A stretch of 64,000 nucleotides of DNA from an uncultured Chloroflexia bacterium (GTDB lineage: Bacteria; Chloroflexota; Limnocylindria; QHBO01). The stretch spans positions 608,001 through 672,000 of the forward strand of contig CAWHAZ010000005.1 in the NCBI GenBank assembly GCA_963827475.1, read 5' to 3'. The notes under the pieces are model-generated. The model was given only the letters and a program-made list of their open reading frames with translations, was not told the DNA's origin and searched no databases. A program made the position numbers and the translations under genes. The stretch's first letter is position 1; each line of letters begins with the position of its first letter. Below, one piece after another: positions 39,951 to 49,903 of the stretch.

Positions 39951-41114
39951 TTAGGCCGGAACCTCGGCTCGGGCTGCCGCCTCGTACGCCGCTCGCCCCG
40001 CCAGGTGGGCGGCCTCGGCGTCTGCGGGCTGACCGATGTCCGCGAGCGCCTCGCCGGTCACCGCCAGCGCGGCGTCGATCTCGTCCCAGGTCACGTCGCC
40101 CATGTGGCCGAAGCGGATGATCTTCCCGGCCCACTTCCCCTGCCCACCGGCGACGACCAGCCCGCGTCGCAGCATGGCGGTGTCCAGGCGGCCCCAGTCC
40201 ACGCCATCGGGGAGCCAGGCCGCGGTGACCGTCGCCGATCGCGCCTCGGGGGCAGCCACCGGTCGGAACCCCAGCGCCTCGAGCCCGGCGCAGGCACCGG
40301 CGGCGATCGCCGCATGGCGGGCCCACGTCCGCGCCGGCCCCTCGCGGACGAGCGCCGCGACGCCCAGCCGCAGGCCATACACCACGCTGACCGCGGGCGT
40401 CCAGGGCGTCTGGCCCTTCTCGGCCATGGCGCGGGCTTCGGCGAAGTCCCAGTAGTAGCGCGGCATCCGGGCGGTGGCCTCCGCCGCGCGGGCCCGCGCC
40501 CCCACCGCGGCGATCGCGATCCCCGGCGACGCCATGAACGCCTTCTGCGAGGCGCTCACGACGAGGTCGACGCCCCAGGCGTCCATCTCGAAGGGCATCG
40601 CCCCCAGCCCGCTGATGCCGTCGACCAGGACCAGCGGCTCGCCCGGCGCGGCGTGCACCGCGGCTGCCAGCTCGCGGAGCGGGTTGGCCACCCCGGTCGA
40701 GGTCTCGTTGTGGGTCAGCAGCACCGCCGCGTACGGTGGCGCGCCGGCGAGGGCGTCCGCGAGCCGCGCCGGGTCTGCCGCCTCGCCCCACTCGAAATCG
40801 AGCCGGTCGACATGGGCGCCGAAGGTTTCCGCGATCTTCGCAAAGCGCTCCCCGAACCCGCCGATCGACACGCCGAGGACGCGATCGCCGGGCGAGAGGG
40901 TGTTCACGATGGCCGCCTCCAGCGACCCGGTGCCCGAGCCGGTCAGGAGGAAGACGTCGCCCGAGGCGCCGATCAGTCCGGCGATGCCGTCGCTGATCTC
41001 GTGGAGGAGCTCGGCGAACTCCGGTCCGCGGTGGTTGATCATCGGCGCCGACTGGGCATCCCGGACCTCGTCGGGGATGGGCGTCGGGCCGGGGATGCGG
41101 AGGTTCTGCTCCAT
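39951..41114 (-). CDS. Class V PLP aminotransferase (alanine-glyoxylate/serine-pyruvate family)
   Basis: IPGPTP, HRGPEF, GSGT, THNETSTGV, VDGIS, ASQKA, RFGHMG. Confidence 0.92.
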   Translation of the reverse strand: MEQNLRIPGPTPIPDEVRDAQSAPMINHRGPEFAELLHEISDGIAGLIGASGDVFLLTGSGTGSLEAAIVNTLSPGDRVLGVSIGGFGERFAKIAETFGAHVDRLDFEWGEAADPARLADALAGAPPYAAVLLTHNETSTGVANPLRELAAAVHAAPGEPLVLVDGISGLGAMPFEMDAWGVDLVVSASQKAFMASPGIAIAAVGARARAAEATARMPRYYWDFAEARAMAEKGQTPWTPAVSVVYGLRLGVAALVREGPARTWARHAAIAAGACAGLEALGFRPVAAPEARSATVTAAWLPDGVDWGRLDTAMLRRGLVVAGGQGKWAGKIIRFGHMGDVTWDEIDAALAVTGEALADIGQPADAEAAHLAGRAAYEAAARAEVPA

Positions 41115-41148
41115 GCCGCGCATGATACCGACGGACTAGACTCGATCC

Positions 41149-42504
41149 ATGCCCCCGCGCCGGACCTCGGCCAGGCCCGACCGACCCCTGTTCGAGGAGC
41201 AGCCGGCAACCGGCGCGCCCCTCGCCGCCCGGCTGCGGCCGACCCGCCTGGACGAGTTCGTCGGCCAACGCCACCTCGTCGGCCCGGACGGCGCGCTGCT
41301 GAAGGTCGCGCGTCCCGGCTACCTGCCGAGCCTCGTGTTCTGGGGTCCGCCCGGCAGCGGCAAGACGACCCTTGCCCGGCTCATCGCCGAGGAGACCGGC
41401 GGCACGTGGCGCCAGCTGAGCGCGGTCACCAGCGGGGTCGCCGACGTGCGGGCGCTGGTGGCCGAGGCGCGCGGCCTGCGCGAGGCGGGCGGGCGGACGA
41501 TCCTGTTCATCGACGAGCTGCATCGGTTCAACAAGGCTCAGCAGGACGCCCTGCTGCCACACGTCGAGGACGGGACGATCACCCTGCTGGGCGCGACGAC
41601 CGAGAACCCGTACTACGAGCTGAACTCCCCGCTCCTGAGCCGGCTGCGGGTCTATCGGCTCGAGCCGCTGGACACGGAGGACCTGGCGGTCATCGTCAAC
41701 CGCGGACTGACCGATGCAGCCGGCCTGGCCGGCCGCGTGACCCTCACGGACGAGGGGTTAACCACCCTGCTCGACTTGTCCGGCGGCGACGCGCGACAGG
41801 CGCTGAACGTCCTCGAGGCGGCGGCAGCAACCGCCCCGGACGGGACCGCGCTCGAGGCGGAGACCATTGCCTCGGCCGCCCAGGAGCGGCTGCTGGCCTA
41901 CGACCGGGCCGGCGACGGGCACTACGAAGCGATCAGCGCCTTCATCAAATCCATGCGCGGCAACGATCCCGACGCGGCGCTGTACTGGTGCGCGTCGATG
42001 GTGGCCGCTGGCGAGGATCCGACCTACATCGCCCGCCGGATCGTGATCGCCGCCAGCGAGGACGTGGGCAACGCCGATCCCCGCGCCCTCCAGATTGCGG
42101 TCGCGGCCATGCAGGCGGTGGAGATGATCGGCCTGCCCGAGGCGCAGTACGCGCTGGCGCAGGCCGCGGCCTACGTGGCGTCCGCCCCGAAGTCGAACCG
42201 GGCGGGCGCGGCGTACTGGGCGGCGCTGGCGGATGTGGAGAGCCGGGGGCGGCTCCCCGTGCCCCTCCACCTCCGTTCTGGCACCCACCGCCGCCTGGCG
42301 AGGGAGCAGGGCCACGGGAAGGGCTACCTCTACCCGCACGACTATCCGAACGCCGATGTCGAGCAGCAGTACCTGCCGGACGAGCTGGTCGGGAAGGTCT
42401 ACTACGAGCCCTCCGACCAGGGTATGGAGACGCAGATCGGGGAGCGGCTGGCGCGGCTGCGGGCCGCGCGGAAGGTCAGCTCGGGGCGATCCCGGAGGCG
42501 TTGA
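41149..42504 (+). CDS. rarA: Replication-associated recombination protein A
   Basis: PLAARLRP, GPPGSGKTT, DELHRFNKAQQD, GATTENP, SAFIKSMRG, SEDVGNAD. Confidence 0.95.
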   Translation: MPPRRTSARPDRPLFEEQPATGAPLAARLRPTRLDEFVGQRHLVGPDGALLKVARPGYLPSLVFWGPPGSGKTTLARLIAEETGGTWRQLSAVTSGVADVRALVAEARGLREAGGRTILFIDELHRFNKAQQDALLPHVEDGTITLLGATTENPYYELNSPLLSRLRVYRLEPLDTEDLAVIVNRGLTDAAGLAGRVTLTDEGLTTLLDLSGGDARQALNVLEAAAATAPDGTALEAETIASAAQERLLAYDRAGDGHYEAISAFIKSMRGNDPDAALYWCASMVAAGEDPTYIARRIVIAASEDVGNADPRALQIAVAAMQAVEMIGLPEAQYALAQAAAYVASAPKSNRAGAAYWAALADVESRGRLPVPLHLRSGTHRRLAREQGHGKGYLYPHDYPNADVEQQYLPDELVGKVYYEPSDQGMETQIGERLARLRAARKVSSGRSRRR

Positions 42505-42820
42505 CGAGGACCACCGCCGCGGCGAGCAGCGCGGTCATGACCAGGACCAGGATCCCGGTGTTGCGCAGGTCCCGCATCACGTAGTGGTACTCCTCCCGCG
42601 CGGTCTCCCCGAGGCGGGAGGTCGACGCGGGGTTGAAGGACAGGGCGGGCCGCCGGGGAGCCGTCGGAACGGTCGCCGCGCCCGAGGCAGCTTCCGGACT
42701 CGGCACGACCGGACTCGGCGCGACCGGCGTCGGGGGCGTCGCCGATGGGGACGGACCCTGCCGGGTCCTGCGCTGCTGGCGGGCTCTGCGGGTTGCGGCC
42801 TTGCCGGTCCGTCGGGCCAT
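42476..42820 (-). CDS. Small hypothetical membrane protein
   Basis: Basic N-terminus, Pro repeats, EYHYVMRDLR, C-terminal TM helix; GAGG RBS. Confidence 0.6.
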   Translation of the reverse strand: MARRTGKAATRRARQQRRTRQGPSPSATPPTPVAPSPVVPSPEAASGAATVPTAPRRPALSFNPASTSRLGETAREEYHYVMRDLRNTGILVLVMTALLAAAVVLVNASGIAPS

Positions 42821-42918
42821 CGATACCTCGTACTGACGCGGAACCGCCGGCGGGCGGGCCGGCGGAGGGTCGGTATGATACCAGCCGTCCGAGCCCGCTC
42901 CGGGGCCGCCTGCCCACC

Positions 42919-43413
42919 ATGCCCGACCTCACCACCCTGTGGCTCCTCGCCCTCAGCCTCGCGGTGGTCGCGCTGACCGGAGCGCTCCTGGCCGTTCATC
43001 GGCGTGCCGCTCGGACCACGGCCGGCTACCGCCGGCTGACGGGGGATGCGACCGACGCGTCCCTGGCCGACTCGCTCGATAGGCATCTCGACCGCATCGA
43101 GGCCGTGGACCAACGTCTGACGGCGCTCGACGCCGAGTATCGGTCCCTGGAGGCGCGGGGTCGGGGAAGCCTCCAGCACCTCGGCATCGTCCGCTTCAAC
43201 CCGTTCGCGGATACCGGGTCCGATCAGAGCTTCGCCATCGCCCTGCTGAACGACCGCCACAACGGGGTCGTGATCAGCAGCCTGCACGCGCGCAGCGGGA
43301 CGCGAGTGTTCGCCAAGCCGGTGGAGGCGGGACAGGCCAGCTACGCCCTGTCGGACGAGGAGGCCGAGGCGCTGCGCATCGCGGCCGAGGGAGCGCCGCC
43401 CCTCCGGGCCTGA
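42919..43413 (+). CDS. DUF4446 family protein
   Basis: TM helix, coiled coil, GIVRFNPFADTGSDQSFAIALL...GVVISSLHAR..FAKPV..LSDEE. Confidence 0.88.
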   Translation: MPDLTTLWLLALSLAVVALTGALLAVHRRAARTTAGYRRLTGDATDASLADSLDRHLDRIEAVDQRLTALDAEYRSLEARGRGSLQHLGIVRFNPFADTGSDQSFAIALLNDRHNGVVISSLHARSGTRVFAKPVEAGQASYALSDEEAEALRIAAEGAPPLRA

Positions 43414-45483
43414 TCAGGCGGTCGATCCCAGCCGGGCGAGCGCCTCCTCGGCGCTGGGGAGCACGTCGGCCGCCGTCTGGCGTGCCTGGCGGAAGCAGGC
43501 GGCCGCCGCGGGCACGTCGCCGCGTTCCTCGTAGAGCGCGCCGAGTGTCAGCAGCACGTCGATCAGCTGACGGCGGAGCAGCTCACGACGTTCCTCGACC
43601 GCGGCCGAGTCACCGTAGAACGGGCAGTCGTCGAGGTACTCGCCGCGGAACAGCGACCGTGCTCGTTCGAAGTGGGCCAATCGCTCCACGGCATCGGTGG
43701 CCTGACCGGCCATCGCCAGCTCGGCCGCCAGGTCGGCGACGTCGCTGCCGACCACGAGGCCCGGATCGAGGTGATAGCGGTCATGGTGGAACACGATGGC
43801 CTCGCCCCGGTCGCGGGCGCGTCGGCTCGGTTCGAGCGTCGTGCGAAGGCCACCGAGCGTGCGATGGAACGCGAGGTCGGCGCGCTCGAGATCGATGTCG
43901 GGCCAGACCAGCTCGAGGATCTCGTCCTTCCCGACACCACGCTCGCCTCGATCGAACAGGAACGCGAAGATGGCCTCCGCCTGCCGCGAGCCGGCTTTCT
44001 CCCCGCCCCAGCGGGTCACCAGCTGGCCGGCGCGTTCCACGCGGAACGCGCCCAGCGCGTTCACCCGCAAGCGCTCGGGAACGGCGCTCGTCACCTCGCC
44101 GAGGGCCTGGCTGAGCTCGAGGCCGCGGCGTTCGACCCCGGCCCGGCGCTCGGAAAGCGCCGCCAGGGCATCGGCGTGATGCTCCTGGTCTTCCGAGATG
44201 GCGATCAGATCGGCCAGGAACTCGGCACCCTGCCCGAGGAGCGTCATCTCCTGGGTGGTGAATGGCAGCCGGCTGCGCTTGTGGCCGAAGATCACCGTGC
44301 CGAGCGACGCCTTGGGCGTCAGTGCCGAGTGGAGCGGCAGCGAGAGCGCGCCGGGCTCGAGGCGTGGGTCGCCTCCCACCTGCGCCACGGTCGCGCCGTC
44401 GTCGCCGATGACGATCGCGCGTGGCACGCGGAACGTCCGGGCCACGCGGCCGAGCGCTGGCTCGATCGCCTGTGCCGGGGCCTGCGCCACGAGTCCGTCC
44501 TCGGCCAGTGCGCGCCGGAGGCGCTCGGCCATGCCGTGGTAGTCGACGCGCCCGACCGCGCGTCGGACCCGCTCGGAGACCGGATCGAACACGGCGACCG
44601 CGATCACCAGCGCGAGGCCGAGAACGATGGGCACGTCGATCGACAGCGCCTGGCGCACGACCAGGTCGAGGCCGACCACCACGGCCAGGAGCGCGGTCAG
44701 GCCGATCCCGATGACGACCGAGTACAGGAACGCATCGGCGGCCACGGCCGGAGCCAGGAAGACCCCCTGTCCGAAGACCGCGTACGCCGCGGCGATCAGG
44801 GCTACCGCGATGAGCAGGACCCCGAGCCACGGGTCGGTCGGGGCGGCCTGCGACACGATGCGCAGCGCACCCCCGATCGAGCCGATGACCACCGTGGCCA
44901 AGGCGGCGAGGAGCTGCTGGCGCCGGGCCCGATCGGCCCCAGCCTCGCGGAGGGGGAGCCCGATCCAGACCACGGCCAGCCCCAGCATGGCCAGGCGAGC
45001 GATCACCCAGGCCCACCCGAAGACGACGCCTGGGATCGGTGCGAGGCTGAACTGCGGGGCGGTCAGGTTCCAGGCCTGATCCGGCGCCGCCAGCGCGATG
45101 ACGGCCATGACGGTCGAGAGGCCATACGCGACGACGACGACGGCGGTCCGGGCCGGCCGCTTCGGGCCCTCCGAGCTGAGGGCGGCTGCGACGTGGAGGG
45201 CAACGGCCGGCACGAGCGACCCAGCGGCATTCTCGACCCGACTCAGGCCAGCGGCCACGTCGGGCGCGGCAGTCAGCCGCTGTCCGAGGATCGCCCCGGA
45301 CCAGACCAGGAGGAGGCCGCACAGGAAGGCGAACACGGTCGCCGCCGGCGCGCTGCGCGCGTGCAGGAAGACGGTCAGTCCCAGCCAGGTGGCGAGGACG
45401 GCCACCAGGCCCTGCGCCAGGTACTCCAGCTCGGCGGCCGTGGCCAGACTCCCTGCGGAACTCGTGGGGCAGCCTACGGCCAC
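43414..45483 (-). CDS. Multi-TM sensor + GAF-like + SARP/BTAD transcriptional regulator
   Basis: About 8-9 hydrophobic helices; LPL...LGTVIFG...PFT.QE..LL GAF-like end; LRVNALGAFRV...AIFAFL...DEILELVWPD...LRTTLEP wHTH; LFRGEYLDD BTAD. Confidence 0.75.
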   Translation of the reverse strand: MAVGCPTSSAGSLATAAELEYLAQGLVAVLATWLGLTVFLHARSAPAATVFAFLCGLLLVWSGAILGQRLTAAPDVAAGLSRVENAAGSLVPAVALHVAAALSSEGPKRPARTAVVVVAYGLSTVMAVIALAAPDQAWNLTAPQFSLAPIPGVVFGWAWVIARLAMLGLAVVWIGLPLREAGADRARRQQLLAALATVVIGSIGGALRIVSQAAPTDPWLGVLLIAVALIAAAYAVFGQGVFLAPAVAADAFLYSVVIGIGLTALLAVVVGLDLVVRQALSIDVPIVLGLALVIAVAVFDPVSERVRRAVGRVDYHGMAERLRRALAEDGLVAQAPAQAIEPALGRVARTFRVPRAIVIGDDGATVAQVGGDPRLEPGALSLPLHSALTPKASLGTVIFGHKRSRLPFTTQEMTLLGQGAEFLADLIAISEDQEHHADALAALSERRAGVERRGLELSQALGEVTSAVPERLRVNALGAFRVERAGQLVTRWGGEKAGSRQAEAIFAFLFDRGERGVGKDEILELVWPDIDLERADLAFHRTLGGLRTTLEPSRRARDRGEAIVFHHDRYHLDPGLVVGSDVADLAAELAMAGQATDAVERLAHFERARSLFRGEYLDDCPFYGDSAAVEERRELLRRQLIDVLLTLGALYEERGDVPAAAACFRQARQTAADVLPSAEEALARLGSTA

Positions 45484-45572
45484 GCTTCCTCGGCGACAAG
45501 CGTCGAATGGCGCGTCGCGGCCGACCCGAACGCGACCGATAACCTGTCGCTTCGGCGACGCACGCTGCCGGC

Positions 45573-48500
45573 ATGCCCGACCTTCCCGCTACCATCGAGT
45601 CCGTGGCAGCCGTCGTCCCTGCGCCCAATCAGATCCCGTTCTTCGAGGAGCTGGAGTCGACGGCGCCAGCGCGACGCCGCCATCTACGTGTCCAGCCGCC
45701 CCTGCTCGCGGATCTCACCGCCCGTCAACGAAAGGCGGTGACCTGGGGCGAGGGACCGCTGCTCGTCGTCGCCGGGGCCGGGACCGGGAAAACCACCGTC
45801 CTCACCCGCCGGATCGCCTGGCTGATCGCGGAGCAGCGAGCACGGCCCTCCGAGATCCTGGCGCTGACCTTCACCGAGCGGGCCGCGGCGGAGATGCAGG
45901 ACCGCGTGGACCAGCTGGTGCCTTACGGCTCGACCGATTCGGTGATCTCCACCTTCCATGCGTTTGGTGACCGCCTGATCCGCGAGCATGGCCTTTCGGT
46001 CGGCCTGTCGGACCAGGTCGCGGTCCTGTCGCGCGCGGAGCAGGTGACGTTCCTCCGCGAGCAGCTCGACGAGCTGCCGCTCGATCGCTTCCGGCCGCTC
46101 GGGAACCCCACCCGCTTTCTGTCGGTGCTGGCCACCCATTTCTCCCGGGCCCGGGACGAGGACATCTCGCCGGAGCAGTACCGGGCGGCCGCCGACCGCC
46201 TGGCAGCTAGGGCGGCAGCGGATCCGTCCGATCCTGCTCTCGCCGAGGAGGCGGCTCGCCAGGTCGAGCTGGCTGCGGCCTTCGCCGCATACGACCGGCT
46301 GCTGCGGGCTGCGGACCGCATCGACTTCGGCGACCAGGTCGGGCTCGCGCTGCGCCTGCTGCGCGAGCATCCCGACATCCTGGCTGAGGAGCGTGCTCGA
46401 TACCGGTACGTGCTGGTCGACGAGTTCCAGGACACGAACCACGCCCAGTTCGAGCTCGTCCGCCTCCTGTCCCCGGAGCCGTCGGGCAACGTGACCGTGG
46501 TGGGGGATGACGACCAGAGCATCTACCGATTCCGCGGCGCGGCCCTGTCGAACATCCTCGGATTCCGCTCGGCCTACCCGCGCACCGGTCGCGTGGTGCT
46601 GATCGACAATTTCCGCTCGCCGCAGCCGGTCCTGGACGCCGCCTACCGGCTCATCCGCCACAACGATCCGGACCGGCTCGAGGTCCGGGAGCGGATCGAC
46701 AAGCACCTGCGCGCCCGTGGGCCAGGCGGCACGGCCGGTGGCCACCGGCCGGTGACCAGCATCGCCTTCGCCACGACCAGCGACGAGGCCGATGGCGTCG
46801 CGGAGCGGATTGCCGGCTCGATCGCGGCAGGCCGCCGTCCGGCGGACCACGCGATCCTCGTCCGCGGCAACCGGGACGCGGACCCCTACCTCCGCGCGCT
46901 CAGCCTGCGCCGGATTCCCTGGCGCTTCAGCGGCACGGCGGGGCTGTACCGCCAGCCAGAGGTCCGGGTCCTGCTCAGCGTGCTCCGCGCCCTGAACGAC
47001 ATGCAGGACTCGGTGAGCCTGTACGACGTCGCGACCTCGGAGATCTTCGGGCTCGCCCCGGAGGATGCATCCCGTGCTCTGAACCAGGCGTCGCGGCGCC
47101 ACATGCCGCTCGAGGCTGCCCTGCGCGAGGGGCTGGCGGATCCCGCTCGGGCCGTGCTCCGCGGGCCGGCGGCGAGCATCGTGCAACGGGCTCTGGCGGC
47201 GATCGACACCCATCGCCAGCTGGCCGCTCGCCTCGAAGCGGGCGAGATCCTGTACCGCTTCGTGACCTCCACCGGCTGGCTCGGACGCCTGGCGCTCGAG
47301 GCGGGCGAGTCCGGCCCCGAGCGTCTTCAGAACGTGGCGCGCCTGTTCGAGATCCTGCGCGGCGCCTCTGCCGTGCTGCGCGACGCTCGGCTCCCATTCC
47401 TCGTCGCCCGCCTCGATCTGCTCATTCAGGCCGGTGACGATCCCGCCACCGCGGAGGCGGACCTCGGCGGCGGTGAGGCCGTGCACGTCCTGACCTGTCA
47501 CAAGGCCAAGGGTCTCGAGTTCCCGATCGTGCACATGGTCGGCATGGCCCAGGAGCGCTTCCCCTCCCGCTCACGGCGTGACCCGGTGGATCTGCCCGAG
47601 GACCTGGTCCACGAGGGACCAGCCGACGGAGACTTCCACCTCGCCGAGGAACGGCGCCTGTGCTACGTGGGCATGACCCGGGCCCGAGAGTCGCTGGTCA
47701 TGAGCTGGGCCCGGGACGAGGGCGAGCGGCCGCGCCGGCCGAGTCAATTCCTGCTCGAGGCCCTCGACGCGGCAGCAGCGGACGCCGACGTCCTGCGGCC
47801 AAGCCCGATCGAGCGGATCGAGCGCCTCCGGCCACCGGCCGATGCGGCACCCGTGGCGACCGTGCCTTCCGACCCGCGACCGGGCATCGTCGAGCAGCCG
47901 CTGAACCTGAGCTATGGCCAGGTGAACGACTACAGCGACTGCCCAGCCCGCTATCGGTACGCCCATCTCATCCGGCTGCCGACCCCGGCCGGCCATGCGC
48001 TGGTGGTCGGCAAAGCGCTGCATGCCGCCGTCCAGGCCTTCCACCGCGCTCAGATGGCCGGATCGCTGCTCAGCCGCGAGGCGCTGCAGGCCGAGCTCGA
48101 CCGCCATTGGGAGTCGACCGGGTTCGTCACACGCGCCCACGAGGATGCCCGCCGGGCGTCGGCGCGGGCCGCCCTCGACCGGTTCTGGGACGAGCAGCAG
48201 GCGGACCCGGCGCCGGTGATCGGGGTCGAGCAGGAGTTTGCCTTCCGGTTCGGGCCGGACCGCGTCCGCGGGCGGATGGACCGCGTGGATCGTGCTCCGG
48301 ACGGCTCGGTCGAGGTGGTGGACTACAAGTCGGGCGACGTCCGAGATCCAGCCACCGCCGGTCGCCGTTCGCGCGAGTCGCTGCAGCTGGCGATCTACGC
48401 CCTCGGCTGGGAGGCGGAGCACGGCCAGGCTCCGGAGCGGCTGACGCTCCACTTCCTCGAGTCGGGCGAGGTCGGCCGCAGCCTGGCGACGCCCGCCCGC

Positions 48501-48632
48501 CTCGAGAAGGCGCGGAACCAGATCGCGGCCGCCGCGGCGGGCATCCGAGCGGGGGACTTCACTGCCCGTCCTGGCCCGATGCGCTGCGCCACCTGCCCGT
48601 TCCGGACGATCTGCCCTGACGCGGCCTCGTGA
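45573..48632 (+). CDS. UvrD-like SF1 helicase fused to RecB-family PD-(D/E)XK nuclease
   Basis: AGAGTGKT, LTFT, TFHAF, VDEFQDTN, VGDDDQSIYRFRGA, HKAKGLEF, YVGMTRA; nuclease GRMDRVD...VVDYKSG, QLAIY; Cys motif CP...CATCPFRTIC. Start uncertain. Confidence 0.92.
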   Translation: MPDLPATIESVAAVVPAPNQIPFFEELESTAPARRRHLRVQPPLLADLTARQRKAVTWGEGPLLVVAGAGTGKTTVLTRRIAWLIAEQRARPSEILALTFTERAAAEMQDRVDQLVPYGSTDSVISTFHAFGDRLIREHGLSVGLSDQVAVLSRAEQVTFLREQLDELPLDRFRPLGNPTRFLSVLATHFSRARDEDISPEQYRAAADRLAARAAADPSDPALAEEAARQVELAAAFAAYDRLLRAADRIDFGDQVGLALRLLREHPDILAEERARYRYVLVDEFQDTNHAQFELVRLLSPEPSGNVTVVGDDDQSIYRFRGAALSNILGFRSAYPRTGRVVLIDNFRSPQPVLDAAYRLIRHNDPDRLEVRERIDKHLRARGPGGTAGGHRPVTSIAFATTSDEADGVAERIAGSIAAGRRPADHAILVRGNRDADPYLRALSLRRIPWRFSGTAGLYRQPEVRVLLSVLRALNDMQDSVSLYDVATSEIFGLAPEDASRALNQASRRHMPLEAALREGLADPARAVLRGPAASIVQRALAAIDTHRQLAARLEAGEILYRFVTSTGWLGRLALEAGESGPERLQNVARLFEILRGASAVLRDARLPFLVARLDLLIQAGDDPATAEADLGGGEAVHVLTCHKAKGLEFPIVHMVGMAQERFPSRSRRDPVDLPEDLVHEGPADGDFHLAEERRLCYVGMTRARESLVMSWARDEGERPRRPSQFLLEALDAAAADADVLRPSPIERIERLRPPADAAPVATVPSDPRPGIVEQPLNLSYGQVNDYSDCPARYRYAHLIRLPTPAGHALVVGKALHAAVQAFHRAQMAGSLLSREALQAELDRHWESTGFVTRAHEDARRASARAALDRFWDEQQADPAPVIGVEQEFAFRFGPDRVRGRMDRVDRAPDGSVEVVDYKSGDVRDPATAGRRSRESLQLAIYALGWEAEHGQAPERLTLHFLESGEVGRSLATPARLEKARNQIAAAAAGIRAGDFTARPGPMRCATCPFRTICPDAAS

Positions 48633-49036
48633 GCCGAGAGGATCGGATCGCGGTTGCGGCCCTCGCCCTCGCGGGCGTGGCCGCGGTCATCGCGGTCGTG
48701 ATCCTCGCCAGCCAGCTGTGCCCGGCGCCGACGCTCACCGACCCGTGTCCTGACGCGGACCGCAACCGGCTCATCGTCGTTGGCCTGGCCGCGGCGGCGG
48801 TGTTCTGCGTCATGACCTCTGCCGCGTTCGTCGGCGACTACCTGGTCCACGATCGGATCGCCTACCGCGGGGCCTGGGCCCGTGCCGCTCGACGCGGCCT
48901 GCTCGCCGGTCTCGTCCTGGCCGCGGTTGCCGGCCTCCGCCTGGTGGATGCCCTGAACCTGTTCTCGGCGGGCGTAGTCGTGGCCGTCGCGGCGGCAGTG
49001 GAATGGGTGGCCACCCGGCGCCTCGACTCGCGGTGA
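48629..49036 (+). CDS. Hypothetical 4-TM membrane protein
   Basis: Hydrophobic helices; AARRG motif; GTGA overlaps on both sides. Confidence 0.7.
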   Translation: MSREDRIAVAALALAGVAAVIAVVILASQLCPAPTLTDPCPDADRNRLIVVGLAAAAVFCVMTSAAFVGDYLVHDRIAYRGAWARAARRGLLAGLVLAAVAGLRLVDALNLFSAGVVVAVAAAVEWVATRRLDSR

Positions 49037-49887
49037 GCGCAGCGGACGCCGCGCCGGGAGATCCGTTCGGCGGCCAGGCGACCGACGCAGATGTCCTGGC
49101 CGAAATCTACGACCTCGAGCACGACGGGGTCACCGCCGACGTCCCCTTCTACCGCCAGATGACTCGCCGCGTCCGGGGCGCGGTGCTCGACCTCGGCTGC
49201 GGATCGGGTCGGCTCTTCCGCGCCTTCCTGGACGGTCGTGCCAGCCGGGTGGTCGGGGTCGATGCCTCATCGGCCATGCTCCGGCGCGCGACGGCCCGGA
49301 TCGAGGGTGATCCCCGCCTCGCCGCCGCTTCCGCCAGCGGTCAACTGGAGCTGGTCCACGGAGACGTCCGCTCGGTCCGGCACCGGGATCGGTTCGGGCT
49401 CATCGTCGCGGCCGGGGTCATGCCGCACCTCGACGGGCCGGAAGATCTCTCCCGGCTGCTGGCGCGGGCGGCCAAGCTCCTCGCGCCGCGCGGATTCCTC
49501 GTGCTCGACGACCTCGGGCCGGCGGCGCAGCCGGCCGCGGGTCTCCCGCTCGCGGTCGACTGGATCCTCGAATCGGGCGGCCGAACGTTCACTCGACGGA
49601 GCCAGCTCACGCGCCGCGAGGCGCCGGAAGGGTTGCGCGTGACCCTGTCCACGATCGTGGACGTGCAGGACCCCGATGGTACGATAGCGCGGCTTCCGGC
49701 CAGTTTCCGCCTCTGGTACCCATCACATGACGCCGTCGCGCGGCTGGTTGAGGCCGCGGGACTCGCTGTCGCCGCGACGTACGGGTCACACGACCTGGGA
49801 GCGTTTTCGGCCGCCAGCGAGCACCTGATCGTCCTCAGCCGACGGATTCGGCACCGGTCTGCGCGGCGGGGGATAGAACCCGGATGA
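49033..49887 (+). CDS. Class I SAM-dependent methyltransferase
   Basis: YDLEH...DVPFY, VLDLGCGSGR, GVDASSAML, GDVR. Confidence 0.9.
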   Translation: MSAADAAPGDPFGGQATDADVLAEIYDLEHDGVTADVPFYRQMTRRVRGAVLDLGCGSGRLFRAFLDGRASRVVGVDASSAMLRRATARIEGDPRLAAASASGQLELVHGDVRSVRHRDRFGLIVAAGVMPHLDGPEDLSRLLARAAKLLAPRGFLVLDDLGPAAQPAAGLPLAVDWILESGGRTFTRRSQLTRREAPEGLRVTLSTIVDVQDPDGTIARLPASFRLWYPSHDAVARLVEAAGLAVAATYGSHDLGAFSAASEHLIVLSRRIRHRSARRGIEPG

Positions 49888-49903
49888 GGCAAGAACGGAC
49901 GAA

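Noticed and set aside
47900-48632. Cas4 or a defence nuclease
   Set aside because: The Fe-S PD-(D/E)XK domain is the C-terminus of a UvrD helicase in a housekeeping context, with no cas or defence neighbours.
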